NCBI GenBank assembly: GCA_964016885.1
Contig: OZ024750.1
Location: 52,700,001-52,764,000, forward strand
Direction: 5' to 3'
DNA length: 64,000 nucleotides
Source: Eledone cirrhosa
Lineage: Eukaryota
Position numbers and translations under genes: made by a program. A model generated the notes under the pieces. The model was given only the letters and a program-made list of their open reading frames with translations, was not told the DNA's origin and searched no databases. Positions 48,634 to 63,175 of the stretch are shown here, one piece after another; positions within the stretch are counted from its first letter, which is position 1; the number at the start of each line of letters is the position of its first letter.

Positions 48634-49134
48634 TATATATATATATATATATATATGTGGATATATATATAGAAACATATATATGAAAATATAATTCAAA
48701 ACATACAGATCTACACATGCAGTAACATCCATCCTTGCACACACACACACACACACATTATATAATCATACTTACATATACACGTACACACACACATTAT
48801 ATAATCATACTTACATATACACGCACACACATTCACACACACACACACACATATATATATATACATACACATATGTGTAAGGTGAAAAAAAAAACAACAC
48901 AGAGTGGGGAATTTACAACTTGCTTTGAATTTCAAGAGGTACGTAGCATTCTAACACCATTACCAAGGGAACCTCTATCTATGTAATCGCTAGACTTGCT
49001 AGAAACAGCAGCCAAACCACTCCAACACACACACAGAGTTTTAGAAAAGGATACATTGTATAATGTGGTTCTAGGTTACCCACAGATAAAAAAAGATAGG
49101 ATGGTCAGGGTTGGCCTGGGGCAAAATAGTAACA

Positions 49135-50072
49135 ACAGGTACAGAGTGTGTGATATATAGAGAGATATCACAGCCACATCTCTCTCATGTGTCCACAGAT
49201 ACAGAGTGTGATATATTGAGAGATATATCACAGAGTGTGATATATATATAGATATCACAGCCACATCTCGCTCATCTCTCCACAGGTACAGAGTGTGATA
49301 TATAGAGATATCACAGCCACATCTCTCATGTCTCCACAGCTAGAGTGTGATATATAGAGATATCACAGCCACATCTCTCATGTCTCCACAGCTAGAGTGT
49401 GATATATAGAGATATCACAGCCACATCTCTCTCATGTCTCCACAGATACAGAGTGTGATATATAGAGAGATATCACAGCCACATCTCTCTCATCTCTCTC
49501 ATCTTTCCACAGGTACAGAGTGTGATATATAGAGAGATATCACAGCCACATCTCTCATGTCTCCACAGATACAGAGTGTGATATATAGAGATATCACAGC
49601 CACGTCTCTCTCGTCTCCACAGATACAGAGTGCGATATTTAGATATCACAGCCACATCTCTCATGTCTCCACAGATACAGAGTGTGATATATAGAGACAT
49701 CACAGCCACATCTCTCTCATGTCTCCACACATACAGAGTGTGATATATAGAGAGATATCACAGCCACGTCTCTCTCATCTCTCCACAGCTAGAGTGTGAT
49801 ATATATAGAGAGATATCACAGCCACATCTCTCTCATCTTTCCACAGGTACAGAGTGTGATATATAGAGATATCACAGCCACGTCTCTCTCATCTCTCCAC
49901 AGCTAGAGTGTGATATATATAGAGAGATATCACAGCCACATCTCTCTCATCTTTCCACAGGTACAGAGTGTGATATATAGAGACATCACAGCCACATCTC
50001 TCTCATGTCTCCACACATACAGAGTGTGATATATAGAGAGATATCACAGCCACGTCTCTCTCATGTCTTCAC
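49135..50072 (+). repeat. About 54-58-bp minisatellite, about 17 copies
   Basis: Unit ACAGAGTGTGATATATAGAGATATCACAGCCACATCTCTCATGTCTCCACAGAT, with an internal TGTGATAT/ATATCACA palindrome. Confidence 0.92.
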
Positions 50073-50968
50073 AGTGGCACAACTATGCCAACAACCAAGA
50101 AATGTCACTCCACACAGGATATATGTAACACCTATCACATAACGTTACCACAGAGGGGAGGCAGGTGTGGAACAGTTTGGGAGCCTGGCGTTGGATGACA
50201 CCATATGTGAAGGGACCAGAGATACCACTATTAGGAGGGACAGGCCAGTTGGCCGTGCTGAACCCCTCTCGTAGACATAGTTTAGGGGCCTGGTCCTGGA
50301 TGACGCCACTCTGAGAAGGAACAGGCCAATTTGGTCGTGTCGAACCCCTCTCGCAGCGGTACACCAGTTTCGGAGCAGGGCCCTCTCAAAACCATTCTCA
50401 ATTTGTAACCACATTTTGGGAACCTGGGACTGGGTGGTACACCAGTTGGTCACACTGAACCCTACACACAGTAGCACCACAGTTCCGGAACCAGGCTCCC
50501 TTCCATACAATGAGCCTTTCTCAACCGCAGCATTCTCCACATGACGAGCCCGCCAAAGATCACATTTTACTTCTGGAGCCTCGCACTAAATGGTCGCGAA
50601 GAAACTCTCATGGCCATCAACCTTGTTTGCGGTGTGGGGCTGGGCAGCACCATTTCGATCTGTTAAATTTAGTGGTATTTTCCATAAGAATCTAAGGATT
50701 CCCCCACTTAAACGTCAAAAAGATGCTACCTTACTGTGATGGCCTTCAATGACTAAGTAGGATGGCAGGGCTTTGCTTGTCAATTGAAAGGATGATAGTT
50801 TCTTCTACTTTGCGTGATTAATACTTACAATTATTGTAGATAAATATTGAATTGAAATTTATGAGAATCAAAACAATATGACAAAAAACAATAATATACA
50901 TATATAGGGGTGTGGAGGTGTGTAGGTACTGCAGTTAAGTTTAGAAACTGATGCTCTCCTTATATATA

Positions 50969-51248
50969 TGAAGGTGCATGGTTTAGTGTTGAGAACATTG
51001 AGCTTGCAATCAGGAGGTTATGAGTTCTATTACTCAGCTGTAGAAATGAGTTGCGACGTCACTGGTGCCAACCTGATCAGCCTTTGTCTTTCCCTTGGAC
51101 AACATCGGTAGCATGGAGAAGGGAGACTGGTATACATGGGTGACTACTGGTCTTCCACAATCTTGCCTGGACTTGCACCTCAGAGGAGAACTTTCAAGAT
51201 GCAAATCCCATGATCCATCATGGCTGAAGCGGGCCTTTACCCTTTACA
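50969..51248 (+). mobile_element. tRNA-derived SINE of a second family, internally deleted
   Basis: GCATGGTTTAGTG A-box-like head, GAGTTC B-box remnant, (CCTTTAC)2 tail. Confidence 0.65.
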
Positions 51249-52263
51249 TTGAAATAGTGGACACCTTCCGTTACCTGGGTGACAACTTTACATTGAAATA
51301 GTGGACACCCTCCGTTACCTGGGTGACGAAATCAGCAGTGGTGGAGGGTGCTCTGAAAGTACAGTAGTCAGAGTTAGAATGGGATGGAAAAAGTTCAGAG
51401 AGCTTATACCGCTGTTGGCCGCTAAAGGGTTCTCTCTAAAAATGGAAGGCAGATTGTATGATGCCTGCATACAAACAGCAATGCTACATGGCAGTGAGAC
51501 ATGGGCATTGTGTGCAGAGGATATACGCAGACTGGAAAGGAACGAAGCATGCATGCTCCATTGGATGTGTAATAGTAATATACGTGAACGGCAAAACATA
51601 AATGAACTAAGTGAGAAATTAGGAATAAGAGGGATCAGATGCTGTTTACTTGAGAGAAGACTACGTTGGTATGGTCACGTGATGCGCATGAAAGACGACA
51701 GCTGTATAAAAAGGTGCAGGGCAATCAAAATTGATGGTAGTTACGGAGGAGGTAGACCCAGAAAAACCTGGGACGATTTGATCAATTCCGACCTCACACA
51801 CTTACACCTCTCCAAGACAATGTCACTGGACCGAGATCTTTGGCGCTACGCAGTAATACCGAAAACCGGCCTTGCCTAAGTACAAAGCGAAATCTACAGT
51901 CAGTAAGCACCTGTTAACCAAAAATACACCCCCATCCCACTACCCCTACTCCCACCCCATCAACACCATCCCTTTCTCTGTAAAGTTATGTTGGTACCAC
52001 AATATCCAGTCCTAAATAAATGAGGTTGTGTAGGTGTCACGACAAAAACACAGTCCACACTGTAATGTAGCCTTGTAGGTAACACGGTAAAAACCTCCCA
52101 GTCCACACTGTAAACGTGGTTGGTGTTAGGAAGGGCATCCAGCCGTAGAAAACCTGCCAGACAGGACTATATGAGCGAGACGACCAATCTTGCCTCAAGT
52201 GGGACAATAACCATCTAAACCCATGCTAGCGTGGAAGATAGACGTTAAACGATGATGATGATG
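51249..52263 (+). mobile_element. RTE 3' fragment with composite 3' UTR
   Basis: DTLRYLGDEISSGGGCSES..GRPRKTW, short tandem duplication at the 5' junction, (GAT)n tail. Confidence 0.92.
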
Positions 52264-52339
52264 ATTGGTTGGAACAAAGGTTCTTACATAAAAATTAAGA
52301 TAAGAAGTTTTTTAGATAAATATAAAACACTTTAAAATA

Positions 52340-53602
52340 AATAGTCTTGTATGATAGAACCAGATAGTATCAAGTAGTCTTATATGATAGAACCAGGGCC
52401 AGATAGTATCAAGTAGTCTTGTATGATAGAACCAGGGCCAGATAGTATCAAGTAGTCTTGTATGATAGAACCAGGGCTTAGATAGTATCAAGTAGCCTTG
52501 TATGATAGAACCAGGGCTAGATAGTATCAAGTAGTCTTGTATGATAGAACCAGGGCCAGATAGTATCAAGTAGCCTTGTATGATAGAACCAGGGCTTAGA
52601 TAGTATCAAGTAGCCTTGTATGATAGAACCAGAGCCAGATAGTATCAAGTAGTCTTGTATGATAGAACCAGGGCTAGATAGTATCAAGTAGTCTTGTATG
52701 ATAGAACCAGGGCCAGATAGTATCAAGTAGTCTTGTATGATAGAACCAGGGCTTAGATAGTATCAAGTAGCCTTGTATGATAGAACCAGAGCCAGATAGT
52801 ATCAAGTAGTCTTGTATGATAGAACCAGGGCTAGATAGTATCAAGTAGCCTTGTATGATAGAACCAGGGCCAGATAGTATCAAGTAGTCTTGTATGATAG
52901 AACCAGAGCCAGATAGTATCAAGTAGTCTTGTATGATAGAACCAGGGCTAGATAGTATCAAGTAGTCTTGTATGATAGAACCAGGGCTAGATAGTATCAA
53001 GTAGTCTTGTATGATAGAACCAGAGCCAGATAGTATCAAGTAGTCTTGTATGATAGAACCAGGGCTAGATAGTATCAAGTAGTCTTGTATGATAGAACCA
53101 GGGCTAGATAGTATCAAGTAGTCTTGTATGATAGAACCAGGGCTTAGATAGTATCAAGTAGTCTTGTATGATAGAACCAGGGCTTAGATAGTATCAAGTA
53201 GTCTTGTATGATAGAACCAGGGCCAGATAGTATCAAGTAGCCTTGTATGATAGAACCAGGGCCAGATAGTATCAAGTAGTCTTGTATGATAGAACCAGGG
53301 CTTAGATAGTATCAAGTAGTCTTGTATGATAGAACCAGGGCCAGATAGTATCAAGTAGCCTTGTATGATAGAACCAGGGCCAGATAGTATCAAGTAGTCT
53401 TGTATGATAGAACCAGAGCCAGATAGTATCAAGTAGCCTTGTATGATAGAACCAGGGCTTAGATAGTATCAAGTAGTCTTGTATGATAGAACCAGGGCTT
53501 AGATAGTATCAAGTAGTCTTGTATGATAGAACCAGGGCTTAGATAGTATCAAGTAGTCTTGTATGATAGAACCAGGGCCAGATAGTATCAAGTAGTCTTG
53601 TA
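52340..53602 (+). repeat. 39-40-bp minisatellite, about 32 copies
   Basis: Unit GATAGTATCAAGTAGTCTTGTATGATAGAACCAGGGCCA. Confidence 0.95.
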
Positions 53603-54349
53603 TCAAAGGGTTTTGTTTTAGGAAAGCCAGTACAATGAAAGTTAGACATAAAGGAATGAGAGCAGGATTGGAGTTAAGACAAAACAACAGTTTACTTTAT
53701 ATTTCATATTTCAGTATTAATGACACATTTTTCAAAAGAAAATGGAGTGTGATAATGGGCTCCTCCGCCCATCTGGGGTCAGAGAGGTGGGGACATGCAC
53801 AGACTGATATAGTTACAATAGCCAATCAGCTTCATGTGATTCATGTCTGCTGTTAATAGAAGGTCCTAATCTATTGAGGAGGATTGTCTCTTTGTTTCTG
53901 AAGTTTCCAAACAAAAGATGCTCCAGCATGGCCTCGGTCTATTGATTGAAACCAGTAAAAGAATCAAAGAATGATATGAAATGATATCAGGTACCGACAT
54001 CAGAATATCCCAGACAGACTTTGCTGTTGCTTCAGGTATGGTAAAAATAATAAATAAAAAAACACCCACAAAATATATAAAAATATAAATAAATGAAATA
54101 ATTAAAACAACACCAATAATAACAAAACCTATTTTAATTTATTTACTTTGCAAGGATGGAGGTTATTAAGTACAGGCTATAGGCTGACTCCCATCAACTG
54201 AGTAGAGACAGGGGTGAGAGAGGGAGAGAGGAGAGACAGGGGTGAGAGAGGGAGAGGGGGGGGGGGAGAAGCAGAGAAGGAAGAAAAAAGTTTATATTTG
54301 GCAATAATAAGATGTGTGGTGATAAGGGAAGGTGGGAGCTGGTAGCACC

Positions 54350-57300
54350 TTCACATACACAGCCAACACCACACACACACAGCCAACACCACACACACAC
54401 AGCCACACCCAACAAAACACACACACACACACAGCCACACCCAACAAAGCACACACACACACACACACACAGCCAACACCACACACACACACACAGCCAA
54501 CACCACCCATACACACAGCCACCGCCACACACACACACCGCCAACACCACACACACATAGCCACCACCAACACTATACACACAGCCACCACCACCATACC
54601 TACACACAGCCACCACCACCACACACACACACAGCCAACACCACCACACCCACAGCCACCACCACCACCACACTCCGCCAACACCACACACACACACACA
54701 CACACACAGCCACCACCACACACACACACACACACAGCCACCACCACACACACACACACACACAGCCAACACCACCACACACACACTGCAGTGTAGGTGT
54801 ACAGGATATTTGTATCTTCAAAAAACCTACATTCTCTATATACAAACACACATATATATACAAACACACACATATATACAAACACACATATATACAAACA
54901 CACATATATACAAACACACATATATATACAAACACACACATATATATATACAAACACACACATATATATACAAACACACACATATATATACAAACACACA
55001 TATATACAAACACACACATATACAAACACACATATATACAAACACACACATATACAAACACACACATATATACAAACACACATATATACAAACACACATA
55101 TATATACAAACACACATATATACAAACACACATATATATACAAACACACATATATACAAACACACACATATATATACAAACACACATATATACAAACACA
55201 CATATATACAAACACACACATATACAAACACACATATATATACAAACACACATATATATACAAACACACACATATATACAAACACACATATATACAAACA
55301 CACACATATACAAACACACATATATATACAAACACATATATATATACAAACACACATATATATACAAACACACATATATACAAACACACATATATACAAA
55401 CACACATATATACAAACACACATATATACAAACACACATATATACAAACACACATATATACAAACACACACATATACAAACACACATATATATACAAACA
55501 CACATATATATACAAACACACATATATACAAACACACATATATACAAACACACACATATACAAACACACATATATATACAAACACACATATATATACAAA
55601 CACACATATATACAAACACACATATATACAAACACACACATATATACAAACACACACATATATACAAACACACACATATATACAAACACACATATATACA
55701 AACACACACATATATACAAACACACATATATACAAACACACATATATATACAAACACACATATATACAAACACACATATATACAAACACACACATACAAA
55801 CACACACATATATACAAACACACACATATATACAAACACACATATATATACAAACACACATATATATATACAAACACACATATATATACAAACACACATA
55901 TATATATACAAACACACATATATATACAAACACACATATATATACAAACACACATATATATATACAAACACACATATATATACAAACACACATATATATA
56001 CAAACACATATATATACAAACACACATATATATACAAACACACATATATATACAAACACACATATATATATACAAACACACATATATATACAAACACACA
56101 TATATATACAAACACACATATATATACAAACACACATATATATACAAACACATATATATATACAAACACACATATATATACAAACACACATATATATATA
56201 CAAACACACATATATATACAAACACACATATATATATACAAACACACATATATATACAAACACACATATATATACAAACACACATATATACAAACACATA
56301 TATATATACAAACACATATATACAAACACATATATACAAACACACACATATATACAAACACACATATATACAAACACACATATATACAAACACACACATA
56401 TATACAAACACACATATATACAAACACACATACAAACACACATATATACAAACACACACATATATACAAACACACATATATACAAACACATATATATACA
56501 AACACACATATACAAACACACATATATATACAAACACACATATATACAAACACACATATATACAAACACACACATATATACAAACACACATATATACAAA
56601 CACACACATATATACAAACACACACATATATACAAACACACACATATATACAAACACACATATATACAAACACACATATATATACAAACACACATATATA
56701 CAAACACACATATATACAAACACACACATACAAACACACACATATATACAAACACACACATATATACAAACACACATATATATACAAACACACATATATA
56801 TATACAAACACACATATATATACAAACACACATATATATATACAAACACACATATATATACAAACACACATATATATACAAACACACATATATATATACA
56901 AACACACATATATATACAAACACACATATATATACAAACACATATATATACAAACACACATATATATACAAACACACATATATATACAAACACACATATA
57001 TATATACAAACACACATATATATACAAACACACATATATATACAAACACACATATATATACAAACACACATATATATACAAACACATATATATATACAAA
57101 CACACATATATATACAAACACACATATATATATACAAACACACATATATATACAAACACACATATATATATACAAACACACATATATATACAAACACACA
57201 TATATATACAAACACACATATATACAAACACATATATATACAAACACATATATACAAACACATATATACAAACACACACATATATACAAACACACATATA

Positions 57301-58110
57301 TACAAACACACATATATATACAAACACACATATATATACAAACACACATATATATACAAACACACATATATACAAACACACATATATACAAACACACATA
57401 TACAAACACATATATATAAACACACATATATACAAACACACATATATACAAACACACATATATACAAACACACACATATATACAAACACACATATATACA
57501 AACACACATACAAACACACATATATACAAACACACACATATATACAAACACACATATATACAAACACATATATATACAAACACACATATACAAACACACA
57601 TATATATACAAACACACATATATACAAACACACATATATACAAACACACATATATACAAACACATATATATACAAACACACATATACAAACACACATATA
57701 TACAAACACACATATATACAAACACACATATATACAAACACACATATATACAAACACACATATACAAACACATATATACAAACACACATATATACAAACA
57801 CACATATATACAAACACACACATATATACAAACACACATATATACAAACACATATATATACAAACACACATATATACAAACACACATATATACATGCACA
57901 CATATATACAAACACACATATATACATGCAAACATTATATATATGCAGATAAACATGCCAATACACCACATATACATACACACATATATATATATATACA
58001 TATACACACATACACACATATACATATACACATATATATATATATATATACATACACACATATACATATACACATATATATACACATACACACATACATA
58101 CATACACACA
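54350..58110. repeat. CA-rich tract (54350-54790) and compound TACAAA(CA)n(TA)n minisatellite (54836-58110)
   Basis: Simple repeats; source of the spurious 800-1270-aa ORFs. Confidence 0.97.
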
Positions 58111-58218
58111 TGTTGGATGTTAGACAAAACAGTAGTATAACTGGGTGTTGGGCTGTTTCTTCAGAAAACCTACATTTTACATATAAATATATATATTACA
58201 CATACAAACACAGATACA

Positions 58219-58251
<33 letters not shown>

Positions 58252-58340
58252 CATACAAACACATAGATACTATATATATATATATATAATGTATATATGT
58301 ATACATAGAAACACATAGATACAATATATATATATATATA

Positions 58341-59052
58341 TCATCATCATCATCATCATTTTATGTCCGCTTTTCCCTGCTTGCAAGGATGGGACGGGTC
58401 TTATTCAGCACAGCATCTCTCCACTCGTCACGGTCCTTCGTCATCTCCACCGTGAGCTTCAATGATCTGAGGTCTGTTCTCACCACCTCTGCCCATGTTT
58501 TCCGTGGTCTACCTCTACCACGTCTTCCTTCAACTGGCATTTCCTGGCACTTCTTCACCCATCGGTCATCCTCCATGCGCATCACATGTCCATACCACCT
58601 CAGTCTCCTCTCCCGTACACTACATTCTATCCCTCTCAGACACAGTTTCTCTCTCAACACATTTATGCTGGGTCGTTCACGCACATTTACACTGCACATC
58701 CAACGGAGCATGCTTGCCTCATTTCTCTCCAGCCGTCGCATATCCTCTGCAGTTGTTGCCCATGTCTCACTACCATGCAGCATCGCGCTCCTCACACAGG
58801 CATCATACAACCGGCCTTTCGTACGCAGGGAGAAACCCTTCTTCGTCAACAGAGGAAGCAGCTCCCTAAACTTCTTCCAACCTGTCCTTATTCTAGATAC
58901 TATGGCCTCGGAACACCCTCCTCCCATGCTAATCTGATCTCCTAGGTACCGGAAGCTATCCACCACTTCTATAGCGCCCTCCTGCATTTGAAAAATGTGT
59001 CTATCAATGCGACTTCTACTGTACATCTACTGCATACATATTTCTCCCTATG
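58341..59052 (-). mobile_element. RTE 3' fragment, same young subfamily as 28884-32146
   Basis: The 221-aa translation is almost identical to the C-terminus of the long copy and has TGG where that copy has TGA. Confidence 0.95.
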
Positions 59053-59098
59053 ATATATATATATATATATCTATATATATATACATAGAAACACAGAT

Positions 59099-59143
<45 letters not shown>

Positions 59144-59361
59144 GAATAATCGAGTATCGAAAAATCGGCGCACGAGTTCACGATAAACAAAATTCGAAAT
59201 GAGCGGCAGAGGGCTCAATAATTCAGATAAATCAGAGCTATAACTATCGTTAAAATACCGTCACACATAGAACAAGTCTATAATCAACCGTACGACCGAA
59301 AAATTGCGATCTGGAAGATTCGGGACACTCAGAAAAAATATCAATAAATCAATAAATCAAA

Positions 59362-59414
<53 letters not shown>

Positions 59415-59483
59415 AAGTTTCCGTTGAAAATTGAAAAAGTCATAGGAGTGAAGAGTGCTCTATGTAAGTACCAGAACAAAATT

Positions 59484-59669
59484 TAATAAAACAATACAAT
59501 ATAATTACCTCATTACCAGGTTTCCCGAATAAGACGAATACGAAAAAACGTCATTCGTTCGTCGGACAAGATATTGCCTTGTCCGACGAACGAATGAGGA
59601 CGTTTTTTTCGTATTCGTCTTATTCGGGAAACCTCTGGTAATGAGGTAATTATATTGTATTGTTTATTA
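59484..59669. mobile_element. Fold-back insertion with a variant-core hammerhead motif (59577-59646 plus)
   Basis: Arms of about 87-92 bp with a 7-nt spacer. CCTTGT-CCGACGA-A-CGAATGAGGACG..CGTCTTATTCG-G-GAAA-CC TCT GG-TA^ATGAGG. Confidence 0.75.
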
Positions 59670-59717
59670 TACATTATATATATATATATATATATATCAT
59701 ATGTGTGTTTGCATATA

Positions 59718-60339
59718 TATACAAGTTGTATTTATATATTAACTTGTATTTCACGGCTCAGAAATTCTTTTCTTTGAGCTAATTAATTGTAAAGGACTGT
59801 TTGAGTTTATAACTCTAAATATAATATAGTATTACGGCTCCTTTTGTTGAGCTAAATTTTAATCCCGTATAAACGGCTGTTATTTCTAGCACCATGAGTA
59901 TGGGATAGCTAGGAGCTGGAAAACCACGTGCGTTAGCACTTGAATACCAGTCCTCCTAAATATTTCGAGGTGAAACATGCTAATTTTCTGGATACCTGCC
60001 GATGACCACAGAAATTGGAATCTTTCACTTTTTTAAATTATCGTTGCGAAACTTATTTGGGTTTTGAAATTTAAATTTGTCTGCGGAACAGGTTTGGATT
60101 TTGAAATTTAAAATTTGTCCAGGTATCACGGTTATTGCCAATATGGGTTTGTTTTTATTGATTTATTATTTTAAATCGAGACAGGCAAACTGTATTAATT
60201 TAATTAGTATTTTTCAATCTAGCTAACTTGGTCATTTACAATACAAACACTTATGTGTTTTATCATATATTAATTTATATTAACTTGTATTTCACGGCTC
60301 AGAAATGCTTCTTTCTTTGAGCTAATTAATTGTAAAGGA
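59718..60339. mobile_element. Non-coding element bounded by about 65-bp direct repeats 541 bp apart
   Basis: TTAACTTGTATTTCACGGCTCAGAAAT..GAGCTAATTAATTGTAAAGGA at about 59739 and 60280. Confidence 0.6.
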
Positions 60340-60435
60340 GTGTAAATATAATATAGTATATATATATACATAGAAACACATAGATACAATATATATATAC
60401 ACACTCACACATACATAGAAACACACACACACGTA

Positions 60436-60475
<40 letters not shown>

Positions 60476-60498
60476 AACACACATACATACATATACAC

Positions 60499-60529
<31 letters not shown>

Positions 60530-60530
60530 T

Positions 60531-60650
60531 GGAGGCATGTAGCTGAGTGGTTAGAGAATTGGATTCACAATCTTGAGTTGTGAGTTCGATTCCCTGACCG
60601 GGCGATGTGTTATGTCCTTGAGCAAGACACTTTATTTCACGTTGCTCCTT
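60531..60650 (+). mobile_element. tRNA-derived SINE head
   Basis: TAGCTGAGTGGTTAG A box and GAGTTCGATTCCC B box. Confidence 0.8.
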
Positions 60651-60809
60651 CTACCTGGAGTTGCGACTGATAGATAGTACTAGCAACTGGAAAGACTAAC
60701 GGAAACATTGTTTGGTCGGTTCAATCTGGTGAGGGTCGATCGACTGTCGATAAATAGATATGTTTATATCTATGTATGTATATACATATACGTATGTCAG
60801 GTCACTAGT

Positions 60810-61404
60810 TGGTGCTACTGGTAATATGTATCCCAGTACAACCTGTCTCATGGTCGGGTCGTTGGCGACTAAACTGGCAACCCCACCAAGGTTTCTTGGT
60901 GAGGAGGGTGACTGTGGACATCCTGCAGGACTAAAAACAAAACCTGTCAAAGGGTAAAGGAGCTCTTAAGAGTCAATGGCCATCCCAAATCACCGGGAGA
61001 GATGACCCCTTAGCCTTTGTCAAGGCAGAATTCTAGGAGAAGGAAAACTCTGATATAACACCTGCAACCCTGATGGTATCCAATGATGTTGACTTGTTCT
61101 TCTTTTTGGTAAATATCATCTTGGTTAAGAGAGTGGGACTGGCTTTGTGCAATGCCTTTGCTCACTATAAAAGCTTCACGGCACAGGCATTGCTTTATAT
61201 CTGGAGATCTCTCTGCACTTGTCGTCACATGGTACCATGAGACCAGCACTATGTGTCAATAATTGTCACAAGTGTAGTGTTTGTACCAGAGTTTTCAAGT
61301 CGCTGGCTGGACTAAAAAGTCACACTCGTTCAGCGCATCGGTAGGGGTTCTTCTACATGGATATAAAGTAGTGGCCGTACTCGAAAATGAGTTGGCAGCC
61401 ACCA
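60810..61404. mobile_element. About 595-bp interspersed non-coding repeat, copy 2
   Basis: Near-identical to 27888-28482. Confidence 0.85.
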
Positions 61405-61565
61405 TATACATATATATATCTTTGTATGTATATACATATATATCTATGTATGTATATACATATATATATATTTGTATGTATATACATATATATCTATGTA
61501 TGTATATATATATATATACATTTCTATGTATGTATGTACATATATCTATATATATATACATATAT

Positions 61566-62905
61566 CATCATCGTTTAACGTCCATCTTCCACGCTAGCAT
61601 GGGTTAGACGGCTTTGTTCCACTCGATGCGGGAATGGTGTGGAGACCATGTCTCGCTCGTACGGAAGTGTCTCTGGCAGGTTTTTTTACTGCTGGATGCC
61701 CTTCCTAACACCAACCAAATTTACAGTGTGGACTGGGAGCCTTTTCACCGTGTCTCCTACACGGCCACCTTACAGTGTGGACTGTTGTGTCATCGACACA
61801 GTGGATGAAACAGGAGAGGGAGGATGGGGTAGGGTGTGGAGGTGGGGTGTACATTGGGTTAACAGGCGCCTACTGACTAGGTTTGTATGCAATGGTAGTC
61901 GGGTCTTCTGTATTACTACATGGCACCAAAGGTCTCGATCCAGTGTCATTGTCTTAGAGAGGTGTAGGTGGGCAAGGTCAGTTTTTATCACCTCGTCCCA
62001 GGTTTTTCTTGGTCTACCCACTCCGCAGCTTCCATCAATGTTCATTGCCCTGCACTTTTTTATGCAGCTGTCGTCCTTCATACGCATCACATGTCCATAA
62101 CAATGCAATCTCCTCTCCAGAACACAACATTTGATACCTCTTATGCTTAGTTTCCATCTTCGTTTCCATTTTTCGCGCACATTACTATTACACATCCAAC
62201 GTACCATGCAAGCTTCATTTCCTTCTAATCTACGCAGGTCTTCAGCACACAATGCCCATGTCTCACTGCCATGTAACATTGCTGTCCATATACAGGCATC
62301 ATACAATCTGCCTTTCAATTTTAGAGAAAAACCCCTTGGGGCCAACAGTGGTATTAACTCTCTGAGCTTTTTCCATCCCATTCTAACTCTGGCTACTACA
62401 CTTTCAGAGCACCCTCCACCACTGCTGATTTTGTCACCCAGGTAACGGAAGGTGTCTACTATTTCTATAGAACCATCTAGGCAGCTGAAGGAGATATCAT
62501 CCAGTGGGTCCTTGCTACTTACTGCACCTGAGCATTGGCCACATATAAAATCTACATTCTTAGATAGCTTACCTCTGATCCCACTACATCTTTTATATAC
62601 CCATAGTTTGCATTTAGGACATAGAATGGAGTTTCTGCCTACTCCTTTCTTACACACTGAGCATGGCCATTTCCCAGAGGGTACCTGTGCCCTATTCTCC
62701 TTTCTACATCTTAGACAAGTTGACTCTAAGGCCATGCTTCCATGTTTGGAACTTCCTCTTTAGTTCAGCCATGTATTCAGCTATGAGAGTTAGATCATCT
62801 GCATATAGAAGTTCCCATGGGCAGCCAGTCTTAAACCCTTCTGTTATAGCCTGAAGGGCAATAATAAACAGGAGGGGGCTAAGGACAGAGCCTTAGTGAA
62901 CTCTT
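61566..62905 (-). mobile_element. RTE 3' fragment with composite 3' UTR
   Basis: GSVLSPLLF, WELLYADDL, KWPCSVCKKGVG, GRPRKTW; (TGA)n tail at about 61566. Confidence 0.92.
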
Positions 62906-62907
62906 AC

Positions 62908-63175
62908 TCATCATCATCATCATCATTTTACGTCCACTTTTCCCTGCTTGCAAGGGTGGGACGGGAACTGATTCTGGCTTGGTTTCTACAGCTGGATGCC
63001 CTTCCTAACACCAACCTCATTTACAGTGAGTGCTGGGTGCTTTTTTGCCGTGGCACCTCCACGACCACTTTGCACTGGAATGATATGGACCCCAGTCCCT
63101 ATCATCTCATTTCTACAGCTGAGTAAACTGGAGCAATGTGAAATAAAGTGTCTTGCTCAAGGAAACAACACATCA
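62908..63175 (-). mobile_element. 5'-truncated SINE of the 3351-3680 family
   Basis: High identity to 3351-3605. Confidence 0.85.

Noticed and set aside
54811-58176. Similar 23-bp motifs TGT(A/T)TCTTCA(A/G)AAAACCTACATT at about 54811 and 58154, acceptor-like on the minus strand
   Set aside because: No coherent spliced reading frame could be built; probably an old local duplication.
60531-60600. tRNA gene (also about 3610-3680 and 63695-63765)
   Set aside because: A and B boxes are present but continue into SINE body; I could not see a complete cloverleaf.
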